Shown here one piece after another: positions 13,597 to 31,864 of a stretch of DNA of 64,000 nucleotides. Each line of letters begins with the position of its first letter. Positions within the stretch are counted from its first letter, which is position 1. Below the pieces are notes generated by a model that searched no databases, was not told where the DNA came from, and saw only the letters and a program-made list of their open reading frames with translations. The stretch lies in assembly GCF_009914755.1 (NCBI RefSeq), contig NC_060926.1; one strand, 5' to 3'. Both the position numbers and the translations under genes were made by a program. Source of the stretch: the human T2T-CHM13v2.0 reference genome, Homo sapiens.

Positions 13597-14364
13597 GTAT
13601 CAGTGGCTGTTTTACTTATTTATTTATTCCACAAATAGTGAGCACATACTCTTGTACTCTCTATACTTCTTACAATATAACAATGAATAAGAAGCAGTCA
13701 TTGTCTTCCAGAGAGACGTCGACACACATATTTCAATACCGCAGTGGGAGCTCCAGAGGGTAGCTTAGGGGAAGAAGTGGGCATAATCTCATCTACTTCT
13801 ACCTCCATTATTTGAAAAAAAAACTTACTCTTCTCAATCTTATGTGAAAAAGATAGGCAACTGTAGCTTCAAAAGAAGTTCCATTACAAACCCCAACCAG
13901 ATTGTCACTCCTAATCTCCTTCAATAGAGAAATTCTGAAGGCACCACCACAATGCTAGGGTGTAAAATTCTATGATGTGGGTGTGTAGAAAGTGCCATGA
14001 GCATAAGAGAGAGCATCTAACCATATGTTAGAACTATGGTAGCCAGATGGAAGGTTTTAGAGTAATTTTAACGTGAGCACTTAGCCTGAAGATGAAAAGG
14101 AGGTTTCTACTGGGACAGATCTATTACACAAAATGCACTCAACACGTATTTGTTGAATGAAGGGATAAAAAGATGAAGGAATGAGTGGATGAATGGATGG
14201 ATGAATAGATGAACGACAGGATGCTCCAGACAAAGGAAACAGTATATCTAAAGCACCCAAGTGTAAAGGGCATGCTGTGTTTGAGCAGCTGTAATCAGTC
14301 CACCATGGCCAGAGTTCAAGGTTATGTAGATAAGGCAGGAATCAAATCATAAAGAGCCTTCTAA

Positions 14365-15060
<696 letters not shown>

Positions 15061-15875
15061 TGATAAATTTGTGAAGGAACCACCGAAAAACAACTCTGGT
15101 AGAACTGCAGTATAGATTGGATGTTTGATTCATTTGTTTGTTTATATAATAAATGTCTTTGGGCATGTACTAAGCAAAAGCATTAAAGAAGATAGAAAGA
15201 TATGTAAAGCATAGTTCCAGCATTTAAAGGAGTTTACATTCTAGTGTGCCTATTCGAAACCTGAATAAAAAGTGTAAGAAGTAGGTTAACATTTATTGAA
15301 TATGTATGAAGTATCAGACACTATATTAGCTGCATGCATAGTGCTTCATGGTATGTGATTCTCAATAATGGGCATGTGTTTTACATTATTTTGTAGTACC
15401 TTGGCAGTTCAGTGACTTGCTGAGATTCAAATCCAGTGTTTCTCCCTTCATCATGTACCATAAAGAACTAAATAACACTTAATTTTCCTGCTAAGACCAA
15501 GATTCTGAACTAGAAAGTAGAGTCTATGACTTGAGTTGGCTAGCAATGGGAACTGGTGGAAGAAAGAGATGAAACAATTGGATTAAGAGAGAGAGAGATA
15601 GGAAAGAAGAAATAATTGTGCTCATTCATTCATTCATTCAATCATTCATCCTACAAGTATACGTTGAATTTGTGCTTGTGTTCAGCATGTTTTAAGATAC
15701 TTGGGAAGTATAATAGGAGCAGGAGAAGACAGAATTTATGCCCAACGAGTTATATCTAGCTGGGAAGATAAGGTGAACATACAGGAAACAGGGAATAGGC
15801 CAAAATAGCCTATATCCAAATGTTAAGCTCACTGCAGGTGGCACAATGGAGACAATACTGGTGTAAGGTCAGAAG

Positions 15876-16520
15876 ACTCAGCATTGTTGGTGGGAATGTA
15901 AAATGGTACAGCTGTTGTGAAAAACAGTATGTGGATCCTCAAAAAATTAAAAATAAATTGCCATATGACCTTGTAATTGCACCTCTGGGTATATACCCAA
16001 AATAATTACAATTAAAAGCAAGGTCTCAAAGAGATAGTTGTATACCTACATCCATAGCAGCATTACTCATAATAACCAAAAGATGGACGCAAACCAAGTG
16101 TCCATCAATGGATGAATGGATAAACAAAATGTGATATATACATACAATGGAATATTATCTAGTCTTAAAAAGGAAGAAAATTCTGACGCATGCTGCAACA
16201 TGCATGAACCTTGAGGACGTTATGCTAAGTGAAATAAGCCAGACATGAAGTAACAAATTCTGTAGTATTCCACTTATATGAGGTAACTACGGTAGTCATA
16301 TTCATAGACAGAAAGTAGAATAGTGGTTACCTGGGACTAGGGGGAGGGAGAAATGGGGGATTGTTTTTCAGCACAGAGTTTCGGTTTTGCAAGATGAAAA
16401 GAGTTCTGGAGATTGGTTGTACACCAAAGTGAATGCACTTAACACTACTGAACCATACACTTAAAAATAATTAGGATAGTAAATTTTATGCTATATGTAT
16501 TTTAACACAAATACATAAAT
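15876..16520 (+). mobile_element. L1MB 3' end
   Basis: ORF2 C-terminal and 3'UTR text (ggtgggaatgtaaaatggtacagc ... gagttctggagattggttg). Confidence 0.85.
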
Positions 16521-16752
16521 TAGGCAACAATGGTCAAGGTGGCAGATATATTAAGAATCATATTAGGGACCGAAGGCCTTTGGGCTTTGTTCAAAAAATG
16601 AAAAAAAGAAATCAAGAGCAAACTGACTGAAATGTAATTCATTAACCATACCATTTGTAATTTAGGTATTTTACATCCATAGAACATTTTTGCCAGCCTC
16701 TAGATTTGCCTAGAATGACAAGAATAGAATCATTCACATTAAATTGTCAAGT

Positions 16753-17112
16753 GCTATATACTGAATGTTTATGTCCCCCCCAAGTTTACGTGTTGAAATC
16801 CTAATCCTCAATGTGATGGTATTTGGAGGTGGAGCCTCTGAGAGGTGATTAGATCATGAGAGTGTAACCCTTATGAATGGGATTAATGGCTTTATAAAAG
16901 AGGCCCCAGAGAGCTCCCTTGCCCCTTCCAGCAAGTGAGAACACAGTGAGAAGATGCTGTCTATGAACTAGGAAGTGGGCCTTACTAGACACTGAACCTG
17001 CTGGGCATCTTGATGTCAGACTTTCCAGCCTCTAGAAGGAAGAGAAATAAATTCGTGTTGTTCATAAGCCACCCAGGCCATACTATTATGTTATGGCAGC
17101 CTCGACAGACTG
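16753..17112 (+). mobile_element. MLT1A LTR
   Basis: tgctatatactgaatgtttatgtccccccaag ... ttatggcagcc. Confidence 0.85.
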
Positions 17113-17197
17113 CTATAAGACATCAAGATTAACGGAGAAGGCCTTTAGAAACAGCTAAAATAAGCAGTAGGACATGCTGTATAATAGGAAAAGATCT

Positions 17198-17576
<379 letters not shown>

Positions 17577-17683
17577 CTATAGCTAAGAATTATATCCCAT
17601 AATAAGAAAAAATGTCAAGAATATCCACCCTGGGAAGGGAAAGTGAATTACCTAGCTCTAGGACACTTCCTATTCCTCTGAAT

Positions 17684-18452
<769 letters not shown>

Positions 18453-18720
18453 CTAAAAAGTAATAAGATTCAGTTCATTCCCTTCATGAAGACACCAGAA
18501 TATTGTATGTCCAAGTGAACATTTTCCTTTTTTAAAGAGGTCAGTCAACCTTACCTTCTTGGAAGCAATTGCTACTTACTCCAAAGATTCTACCCTTGTG
18601 TCCAACATTTTTAGGAACTCTTACACTGAAAGTTTCTTCAAAAGCTGTGGCATTTGCTTTTGACTACTTTCAGTGTTGGCAAGCCTTCATCCCTTAGAGG
18701 TCAGCTTGCATTTTAGTAAC

Positions 18721-19308
18721 TGTACTAGTACTATACTGCATCAACCTACCAAGTTGAACTACATGTCCCAGAATGCTCTTCCATATGTAGTGCCAGGTTA
18801 GGGTTGATTATGAGAGAAATTTGCAGGCAGGATTTGGAATGTGGAATTGAACCAGCAGCATAATGTTCTGAAGGTTAGTGGAGGGTGCTAGCTGTCTCTG
18901 CAGGCTGCATGCATTATTGGTCCGGGGGCTCTTCCTGTGGGCCTGGGGCAGCAGCGCGGCTCAAAGGAGATACTGCATTACCTGTTCCAGCTTCCCTGAA
19001 TACAGGGCCAGAATCCAGACACAGGTGCAGCTCTGTAGCAAAGCTGTTTCTGTAGGTCATGCACATTATCAAGGAAGGAGGCCGTGAGAGACCCACATGG
19101 GGTCCAGTTTGTCCTCATGCTCCCCAACTTCATGTTAGATTTTCTTGCTGACTGTTGATCCTACTGGTCTAAAGAGACCTCAGACCCATACTAGATGCAG
19201 AGGCAATGAGCATCTTTACCAGATTCCGTAATTGTGTAAAGTCTAATCCATATATAAAGCCCTTGTTCTATTTCACTTACAGTGGCTCTGATTTTCTGAC
19301 TGAACATT
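18721..19308. mobile_element. ERVL LTR (LTR41-like)
   Basis: gaactacatgtcccagaatgc ... ctctgattttctgactgaac resembles the LTR40/41 group; subfamily uncertain. Confidence 0.5.
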
Positions 19309-19313
19309 GCTGT

Positions 19314-19590
<277 letters not shown>

Positions 19591-19747
19591 GCATTTGGAA
19601 TCAAGTCTGAAAAATAAGGTAGCTGAGTAAATACTGTTTGGGGCTGAAAACTCAGGGTCACAATAAACAACAAATCTTTCTTCTACAGTTCATGAATGAG
19701 ATCTGAAGGCCATTTCCAAAGAAGAGTTACAAAATTATTTTGAATGA

Positions 19748-20186
<439 letters not shown>

Positions 20187-20348
20187 TGACCCACAGTAAA
20201 TGACAGCATGCAGTGAAACAGAATGCAATCAAGTAACAGACTGTGTAGTGTCAGCTCAGAATATTGTAGAATCCTAGGCAGAAAGGGGGAGTCTGGATGA
20301 GTCACAGAAAGCTTCAGAAAGCAGGGGAAATGTGATTGAAACAAGGAA

Positions 20349-20722
<374 letters not shown>

Positions 20723-20909
20723 TGAGTGTATATTTGGGGAATAAAATTCATCAACCACTTCCCCTCACTGACAGAATCAAAATCAAAGTTGTTTTGCCTA
20801 AAATATGATCTTCTCCATATCTGCCCCTTGCTTATTCCTTATTCTCATTTCCCCTCTCCCATCTCTAAAACTGCCTTCCATCCATGTTAAAGAACTTGAA
20901 GAGCCCTAG

Positions 20910-22080
20910 CATTCATTTATTCAATCAACAAATATTAATCCCTACTATGTGTCAGACACTGTGCTGGAAGGGAAGAGTATGGCCCTGCCTTCATTGATCT
21001 TAAGATTTAATGGGGATGACATAAGTCAACAGGCAATTATAATGCAGCATGGTTGGGTGATAGGGCTATATAAGGTGTGAAGGCCAAGGAAGACTTCCAC
21101 AGAAAGAGACTTTAAGCTGAGATCTGAATAATGATTAAGAGTTAACCACGTTAAGCAGGGAGGAGGGAGGTCAGAATAAGAACAGTGATGGGGACAGGGG
21201 GGAATAGCATGTGCACTCCAAAGTATACAGTTCCTCCTGTGATCAAATGCTGAGAATGGAGAGAGCTGAGGCTGGAGAGTAGGCAGGGGCAGCTCATGCA
21301 GGGCTTTGTAAACCATATGAAGAAGGCTAGGCTTTAATGCAAGGTAAATGGAGACATTGGAAGCATGGAAAGAGTGGGTCCAATTTTTGTTCTTGATAGA
21401 TCACTGGATGTAGACAGTGGGTTGAGCTTGGTGGGGAAAATGACGGCAACACTAGAGGCAGATGACCAATTATGAGGTGGGGAAAAAGAATGGAACCTAA
21501 ACTAGCCTAGAGGCAGTGACAATGGAGGAAAGCTGATGTTTTCAGGAGATATTTAGGAAATTGAATGGACAGGACTGGGAATCTTGCTGGCTAGGGGATG
21601 GTGGATGTGAAGGAGGGAGAGGGAGGGGTTGGGGATGATGGCCTGATGTTTTGTTGAATAGTTGGGTGGTACCATTCCGAGATAGAGAACACAGGAGGAG
21701 GAGGAGGCTTGAGGGGAGAGAGATAATGACTCTGGTTTTGGACTTAGTGAATCTGAGGCACGTGTGGAACATGCAAGCAGTAGGCAGGGAGATCTGGAAC
21801 TTAGAAGATTGATGATTGCTGGGCTTCTCAACAGAGAGGTGACAAATGCAATGGCTGCCAGTGGAGGTGTTAAAATGACAAAGAAAAGGCAGCAGAAACA
21901 GCACTTGAGAAACTACACTTAGGGGAGAAGCAGGATACAGTACAGCAGTCTATGAAGGTGTGACTGCAGCTGTAGGAAACTCAGGACGGTTGAGTCATCC
22001 AAGTAAAGAGAACAAAGCAGTCAAGAAGGAAGGGGTACCCAGCAGGAGCCAACCCTTCCAAGAAGCTGAGAAAAATAAGG
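20910..22080 (-). mobile_element. L2 LINE fragment
   Basis: Starts with the antisense L2 3' tail (cattcatttattcaatcaacaaatatt...cctactatgtgtcagacactgtgc), then L2 body text. Confidence 0.75.
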
Positions 22081-22676
22081 ATGGTATCAATTAGGATTGT
22101 TTGGTTGCAGGTAACAGAAACTAACGGGTAAACTTAAGGAAAAGGAAAGAATAGATTATAAGGGTACAGAAATATCTCATGGACCCAAAAGCAAGGACTA
22201 CAAACAAGAACTGAAGGCTCTTAGCACCTTGAAGCTTTTCTCTATATATCTGCTGTATTCTCTTCTTTCTGCAGGCATCTTTCCTTGGTTCATGAGGGTA
22301 CATAGGAACTGGAAAATGGCACCTATAGTTCTGGCGGTATTGCTTTTCTGTTTAAAAGACTTGCTCAGATTAAACTAGAATCCCAATTCCAGAGCACGGG
22401 TAGGAAAGAAGAAGAGAAGAAAAGAGGAAAGGAAAGAGATGGAGGGAAGAAAAGTGAGGAGGAAATGGGGGAGGAGGAAGGTAGAAAGAGAGAAAGAGAA
22501 AGGGGAAGACAAAGAGAGCTAGAAAAAGGGAGAGAAAGTGATTTCCCTGGAATAAATTCAGGTGGCCATGGCTGGTCCAATCATCTATAGCCAGAGGGGA
22601 AGATCTCAAGTATAAACTGGGCCACTAGGAGTTGATCCTGATTGGGAAAGGGAGCTGTGAAAGGAGATATTAATAA

Positions 22677-23078
<402 letters not shown>

Positions 23079-23609
23079 TTAACAAGATAAGTTTCTATGG
23101 AATGGTATCAGCTAAAGTTGGTTTGCTGTGGGCTGAGGACTGAATGGAGGAGAAAGGAAGATAGTGCATAGAGATGACTCTATCAAGTGTGCTGTGAAGG
23201 GCATGGGAGAGAGCTGGTATTGAAGGTTTCGTTTGTTGGTTTGCTTGTTTGTTTTCTGAGCTCATACGAATTGAACATATTTATATGCTGATTGGAGAGT
23301 ATGAAGAATGGGCATACTAATCATTTTGGCATCTTGATAAGCATGCAGAATCCCAGACCCTACCCAACCAGCTGTTGGAGGGTGGAGTCCAGGAACACAA
23401 TTAGTGGGGTCCTGTGCAAAATGAAAATGCAGGCCTCCTGTTTTATTTTCCTTTATGGGAAAAATGCCTTTGCCTTTATTCTGTGGTCTCTTTCTCCATA
23501 TGTCATTGTGGTTTTTATTTGTTATTAAATGTGTCACTCTCTCAGGAATGGGGATACTTGCTGGGGAAGTGCAGGCCTCACAGGGAGTCCAGGGCCCTCT
23601 ATTTGGAAA

Positions 23610-24620
23610 AAGTTCTCAACATGATTATTCATCAGGAAAATGCAGATTAAAGCTACAATGAGATATTACTACTCACCCACTAGAATGGCTAAAATTAGAA
23701 AGACTAACCATACCAAGTGTTGGCAAGCATGTGTTGGGAGTATAAATTGGTTCAATCACTTTGGAAACTTGGACAGTAGCTACTAAACCTACCTTATGAT
23801 TCAAAAATTTAACTCTATATAATTGCACATGCTTATCAAGAGAGATGTATAAGAATATTTATAGAATTTTATTCACAATAGCCCCAAACTGGAAACCCTC
23901 AACTATTCATCAATAGGGAATGGATAAATATAACATAGAATATGCATAGAGTACTATGAACCTAAAAATGAATAAATCACTTACATAATATCATTCATGG
24001 ATGTTACTCGCAGATACTATGCTGAGCAAAAGAAGCCAGATACAAAAAAGTTTGTACTATATGATTTTATTTATATGAGGTTTAAGAAAAACAAACTAAC
24101 TGATGATATAAATTAGAATATTTTGTACCCGTGGCTGGGTGCAGTGGTTCACGCTGGTAATCCCAGCACTTTGGGAGGCTGAAGCAGGCAGATCGCTTGA
24201 GTCCAGGGGTTGGATACCACCCTGGGCAACATGGTGAAAACTCATCCCTACTAAAAATACAAAAAAATTAGCCAGGCATAGTGGTGCATGCCTATAGTCC
24301 CAGCTGCTTAGGAGGCTGAGATGAGAAGATCACCTGAGATCAGGAAGCCAAAGCAGTGAGCCATGATTGTACCACTGTACTCCAGCCTAGGCAGTGAGAG
24401 TGAGACCCCTGTCTCAAAAAAAAAAAAAAAAAAAAAGAATTGTATGTACCTTTGGAGGGGTGTAGACTGGAAAGAAGCACAAAGGAATCTTTTGAAGTGT
24501 TGAAAATGTTCTATATCTTGGTCTGATAGGTGGTTATGGCTATATACCTGAGTAAAAATTCTTCAAGCTGAACACGTAAGATTTGTGCACTTTACTGTAA
24601 GTTATACCTAAAAAATAAAA
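23610..24620 (+). mobile_element. Old L1 (L1MC/ME) 3' end interrupted by an Alu at 24133-24436
   Basis: catcaggaaaatgcagattaaagctacaatgagatattac ... gttctatatcttg; Alu dimer inside. Confidence 0.8.
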
Positions 24621-26075
24621 AACAATGAAATTACTCCACTGCTTCAATGCATTAGAGGAAGGAAATGATTCAAAGATTCCAGTGTAGGTTGAATAAGATG
24701 CCCTGTTTATTGATAGATCTTAGTGGTTATCAATGATGGAAGCATCGCAGGGTGATGTCTAGGTCCTATGGACTCCTGAGGCTGAGTGATCTCAAACTGC
24801 TCCAATTCACTTCCTATGACAGCCTGCATCCTACCCACTCTCTCCAGTAGAAGATGGGGTAGGGTAAGGGTCTTTCCTGGATACAAAGGTGGCCCAGAAG
24901 TGGTCATAATACTCTCCCCTCCATTTCCCTTCTTCTCAGACCTGTGCAGTGGAGGAGCATCTGAATAGGTATGGGCTCTTGGGATCTTCAAGGTGAGCAT
25001 GTTAGAATCTGGGGTCTGGAGGCCACTTTCATGGGAGGTGAGAACTGCTGGTCATTTCCAGGCATCTCCAACTCCAGCCCGCAGCCATGGGGTAGATGGC
25101 TAATGGGACTATGCAGATCTGATCAGTGTAATGTCAAGATCCAAATAAACACCAAATTTGTACAGAGTGAAGGTACTGAGAGTTAAATTTCCCCTTCGTT
25201 GTATGTTTCCTCCTGTCCTTTTAAAGCATGGGAGCAATGATGATAAGAATTGGCAGTTGGAATGAGGAAAGAGAGCGGCTGAGGGTCTCTGCTGTTTCCT
25301 TTCCTGCACAACTGAAACCTTGATGTTTTCTGTGACCTAGTGATGACCACGCCCATCTTTGAACTAAAAACTCTAAATTCTACATCCTCAGAGCAAAGTG
25401 CAGAATTGGAAAAATTATGGGAATCCTTCATGGCATGTGGCTCTTCCATCCGGGGGCCTCAGGAAAGGACTGGGGCTGCTTATTGGTGGGTATGATTTTG
25501 TAAGTATTGGTAGTACCCTCCACAAGGAGACAGCGTCACAAACTCAGGCCCTCGTTTCCTGCCTGGATGGGGCTTTTCTTCTGAATATTTGAGAGTGAGT
25601 AAAATAAAAAATTGTCACCAGGCTTAGTCTGCTCACTCCTTTGTGGGGAGTTGGTTCTACCCAGTCATAAAGTCTGGGTAGAGAACATGAATGTTTCCTT
25701 TGAGAAGCAGTATTAGCCTCATGTTTGCTTCCAGCATGCGTTTTGGGTCTTTTCCCAGAGGTTTCAATGAGGGATCGTGTGTCTCAGAGGTGAAAATAAA
25801 AAACAAAAATAAAAAACATTTGAGTTCTGCAAAACCACAGTGGATTGGAAACTATGTAGTTAGCCTTTTTGCTATAAATACAATTTTTAAAAATTCAAGT
25901 GCTTTTGTTTTTTCTCTTATCAAAAAAATGTGGTTTTATATACATATTACATGCTGAGGGGCCAGGTGGGGGTGTGCAGAACAAGATGTTTCTCATTCCA
26001 TTTGTTTCAAGCAATAACTCAGAGGCTCTGGAGAAAATAAACCGTACATAAATAGTAGAAAACAGACTGCATCTT

Positions 26076-26089
26076 GTTGCTATGGCAAC
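26076..26089. promoter_or_regulatory. RFX X-box
   Basis: GTTGCTATGGCAAC matches the near-palindromic RFX consensus, in non-repeat sequence. Confidence 0.75.
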
Positions 26090-26546
26090 GCCCTACTTAT
26101 ATTACATTAAGCTGATTCATGTCTTTTCTCACCTCACTGTTAATAAATTATATTGGCTGATGAGAATTAAGCTGGCTGGAAGAGTTGGCATGGACAAGTT
26201 GCATGTTAATTTGTCATCCAATTCTTGGTATCCCCTTGTCTTTTTTTCTTTTTAAGAAAAAAGGTATCCCCTTTTCTTTTCTTCTTAAAAGATTATTTTT
26301 ACTGTCTTTTTTTCACTAAAAACTATGTAGACAGGAGTTTCAGCAACAGGACATCGATTGCTTCCTGGCTGCTCCCTTAGTCTTAGGACTCTTGAGGAAA
26401 GAGAAAAGGCACAGGAGCAATAGAGCTTGGAAAGTTTCCTTGTTTCTTTTCCTGCTCCCTTATTCTCTTCATTCCAATGTGTTTAGGGGCTTTAAACAAT
26501 CCCTCTACTCTTTTCAGCCGCTTAAATTCATATACATCCCCACCTA

Positions 26547-26597
26547 TGCGTGCGCGCGCGTGCACACACACAAACACACACACACACACACACACAC
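26547..26597. repeat. (CG)n-(CA)n alternating purine/pyrimidine tract
   Basis: tgcgtgcgcgcgcgtgcacacacacaaacacacaca... Confidence 0.9.
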
Positions 26598-26647
26598 CCC
26601 AACAAAGTTAAAAGACAAACAAGAAACTGGGTTAAAAGACAATAGGC

Positions 26648-27276
<629 letters not shown>

Positions 27277-27279
27277 CAA

Positions 27280-28530
<1,251 letters not shown>

Positions 28531-29429
28531 ATATTACCTTTATGATCAAGAGCTTTTGAACAGTGTCGCACACGCTGTGTGTATGCATACATACATAGCT
28601 GCATGTCATTTATTTGTCACCACGAAGGGTAAGAAGATGTTTTAGATAGTTCTGCCCACAGTCTAACTAGGAAGATGTAAATGTGTGGAAAGTTAACAAA
28701 AAAAATTACAATATCTACTGACTATCACTCAGTAGATATTGATCACATCCCAATAATTGGTATCCACAGCGGTATTCTAGGAGGTAAGAAGAGGAAAGTT
28801 GCTATGACTGCAAAAATACAGAAGACAAAGGCCTGAACATCTGGCAGCATCTAGGTCCCAGACACCCTCAAGATTTCATAAAGAGGAGTGCTTGTTGTTG
28901 ATAAGAGTCAAGCTGGGTCAGCCTTGCAGATGACCAGTCACCCTCTGCAAGTTGTCTCTTTGGCTGCAAATGGCTCAAGACCATGCTGAAAGTTATACCT
29001 CTTCTGCTTTGGGAAGCTGCTTGCTTGCTGTCCATAAAAAGCACTGATGGCCTGTTTCTGTTAGGAAATGTCCAAGGCCCTGTAGTACAGAGAGAAACTG
29101 CTTCATCATTAGTACTGACCTTGTGCATAAGTCAAGAACCTAAACTCCCTGTAAGGTATTAATCCCTACCAACTGTACTGGGTGTCTGAAACTGCATTCT
29201 TGGGAAGTTCCTTTGGTTACTTTGCCCTCTTGGAGAAGCTAAGAATTATAGTTAAGAGCATGGAGTCAGATTGACTGGATATAAATTCTGGGTACATCAC
29301 CTGCTAGCTGTGTTTCCCTAGGAAAATAACCTGATCTCTCTGTGCTGTGGTTTCTACTTCTATAAAGTGGGGATAATTATAGCATCAACAACCTCATGAG
29401 CTGTTTGAGGAACAAATAACTGAATAATC

Positions 29430-30440
29430 TACAAAAAGAGGAGAACAGCTATTGGACGTATAATTCACATAATTATCATTCGCAAAATTACTTATTCTTA
29501 CCAGAGAAGAAGAGGATCCTAAAAATTTCCAGAGAGAAACAACATTTACACAAAGCATTGAGAATAAGAAAATAATGACAGTGACATATCAACAGTAACA
29601 TTGGAAGCCAGGAGAAAAAGCAACAATGCCCACAAAATTAACTTCTACTTAGAATGATATGCCCTGGCAAATCATGCGTGAGGACATAATAAACATATTT
29701 ACGTAAAGTCTCAAAACTTTTTTCTTACCAAGTGTCCTTTCTCAAGAAGCTACTGTTGTATTTGCTCCATCAAAAAGAGGGACTAAGCCAAGAAAGAAAA
29801 CATGAAACTGGGAAAGAGCGCTTCCAGCACAGAAAAGTAGCCAGGGGATTCCTAGGATGAGAGCTATGCTGCAGGCTAGAAAAGCAAGAGTGGATCTGCA
29901 GGAGACATGTAGAAAGGGAAGGCTATTCAACAGGTTTGACTATGTAGGAAATTATCCTGAGGCATTGTACAAAGCTCTTAGGAAATACTGGAAGACTTAG
30001 CAATAGGTTCAGTAAAAACTAAACAAATGAAAAAATGAGGCAATGAATAACTACAAGAAAATCAAAGTATCTTAAAGGAAAGAAAATGTAATTATAGTAA
30101 CCACTCAACTCAGCAGTGTGCAAGATATACTGAACATAAAACAATTAAGAATTTAACACAAAAAATTAACTATTTTGAGAGAATAGGGAGAAGAGTAGAA
30201 TATATTAGAAAGTTAAAATCCTCAGCTGCCATAATAGGAAAACAACAGGTAATCCAGAAATTGATGACTCAAGACAGGGCAGTACACATTTATCATTTGG
30301 AAATATGGTGATAAGTAACAGAAGAAACATTAAGCAGATGCCTTTGAGGGGTGCGGAGGCAGGGGCAGCAAGGGTGGTGATTACTATTTTTTACATATCA
30401 CTTTTAGCCCTATTTGACTTTATAAGCTATATAAATTTTT
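29430..30440 (+). mobile_element. HAL1-like (half-L1) element
   Basis: ORF1-like text followed by HAL1-type cctttctcaagaagctactg...gctccatcaaaaagagggactaagccaagaaag, with no ORF2. Confidence 0.6.
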
Positions 30441-30769
30441 AAGTACTTTGCAAATCTAAGGCTTTGACACTTCTGAAATGACAATTCTTTATCCTTAAGC
30501 TCAACATCTATGAAGCCCTGAGTAACTGATGTCTTAAAATAGGCTGGTATGTTTAAAGATTCTGTTTTAACAAAGTGAGAACAGAAGAGGAGATATATGC
30601 CTTTCATTATCATCACTTTTCATTTAACTCTCTAGATATAGCCTTCGTGAGCTTCGTTAACCCCTCAAAACTTTATCCTTTTATATTTTTATTTTATTTA
30701 AAATATGTTTAAGGCCATAGTAAATGGAAGTTTACCTAACTGTGACACTAAAATCAGGAGAGTTGGGGG

Positions 30770-31500
30770 AAGAAAGGTAGTGGTTCAACATCACATATGA
30801 TATAGATATAATTACAGCAAGTTAAGTGTAATAGTATGTTAAAAGATGAATATGCTTTGAGCAATTAGCATTATTTCAAGATGGCTAAAATTTAGGAAAT
30901 GTATTAATATACTCACTACATTAATAAATTATATGAGAAAAAACTATGTGCTTATTCTGATGCATACAAAAATGAGATTTGATAAAATTTAACATCTATT
31001 ATTGACCAAAACCTCTAAGGTAGGACATGAAATTTTCTTGACTTGAGAAGGAACATCTTTCAAAAACTAATACTAAATATCATGTTTTATGATGAAAAAC
31101 TAGTGACATTTCTCAATTTCTTGGAAAAGCCCATTAAGATCAAGAACAAAACCAGAAGGATCAGTGGTGTTATTCAGCACTATTCTGAAGGCCCTCACTG
31201 AAAGAATAACATAAGAAAAAGAAATAGGGGGTTCAATTACAGGAAAGAAAAATTTAAAATTGTCATTATTTGCAGATGATATGATCATCTATTGAGAAAA
31301 TACAAAAGAATCAACTGGAAAACCTAGGATTAATAAGAAAGTTTAATAAAAAGTCAGGTTACTAGATAATTATTTCCCCACAACTTTCACATATGTGAAA
31401 CATGACAAATTAGAAAATTAAAAAAAAAATCTCATTCATGATAGCAACAAATACTAAAAGCTACCTATGAATAAACAGAAATTAAAAACATGATTCCCCA
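30770..31500 (+). mobile_element. Old L1M ORF2 (RT) fragment
   Basis: Includes ttatttgcagatgatatgatc (LFADDMI). Confidence 0.85.
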
Positions 31501-31864
31501 TTTAAAAGGTCACAGAAAATGTGGTAAAATGTAAGCAAATGGTGAAACTGGGTAAAGGAATATCTGGTACTATTCTCACGACTTTTCTGTACTTTAAAAA
31601 TGGACAATGCTGAAAGGATATTAGTGATCGAACATAGAAAGGAGACACTATCTCACATCCCTAAGAAAAATTACCCCAAAAAGGGAAATTAGAAAGGTTG
31701 AGACATGGAAGGCATATCCAAAAGTCCTACATGGGAATAATAAAAATTCCAGATGGAAAAAAGAATGATAGAGAAGATGCAATTATAAAAGAAGAAGAAG
31801 AAAAAACTTTCCTGAACCAAAAACGTTTTCAGATTAAAAAGGCTCATGAAGTACCAGGCAGATG

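Noticed and set aside
26076-26156. MHC-II-type S-X-Y module
   Set aside because: X-box to ATTGG spacing is ~60 bp rather than the constrained ~20 bp.
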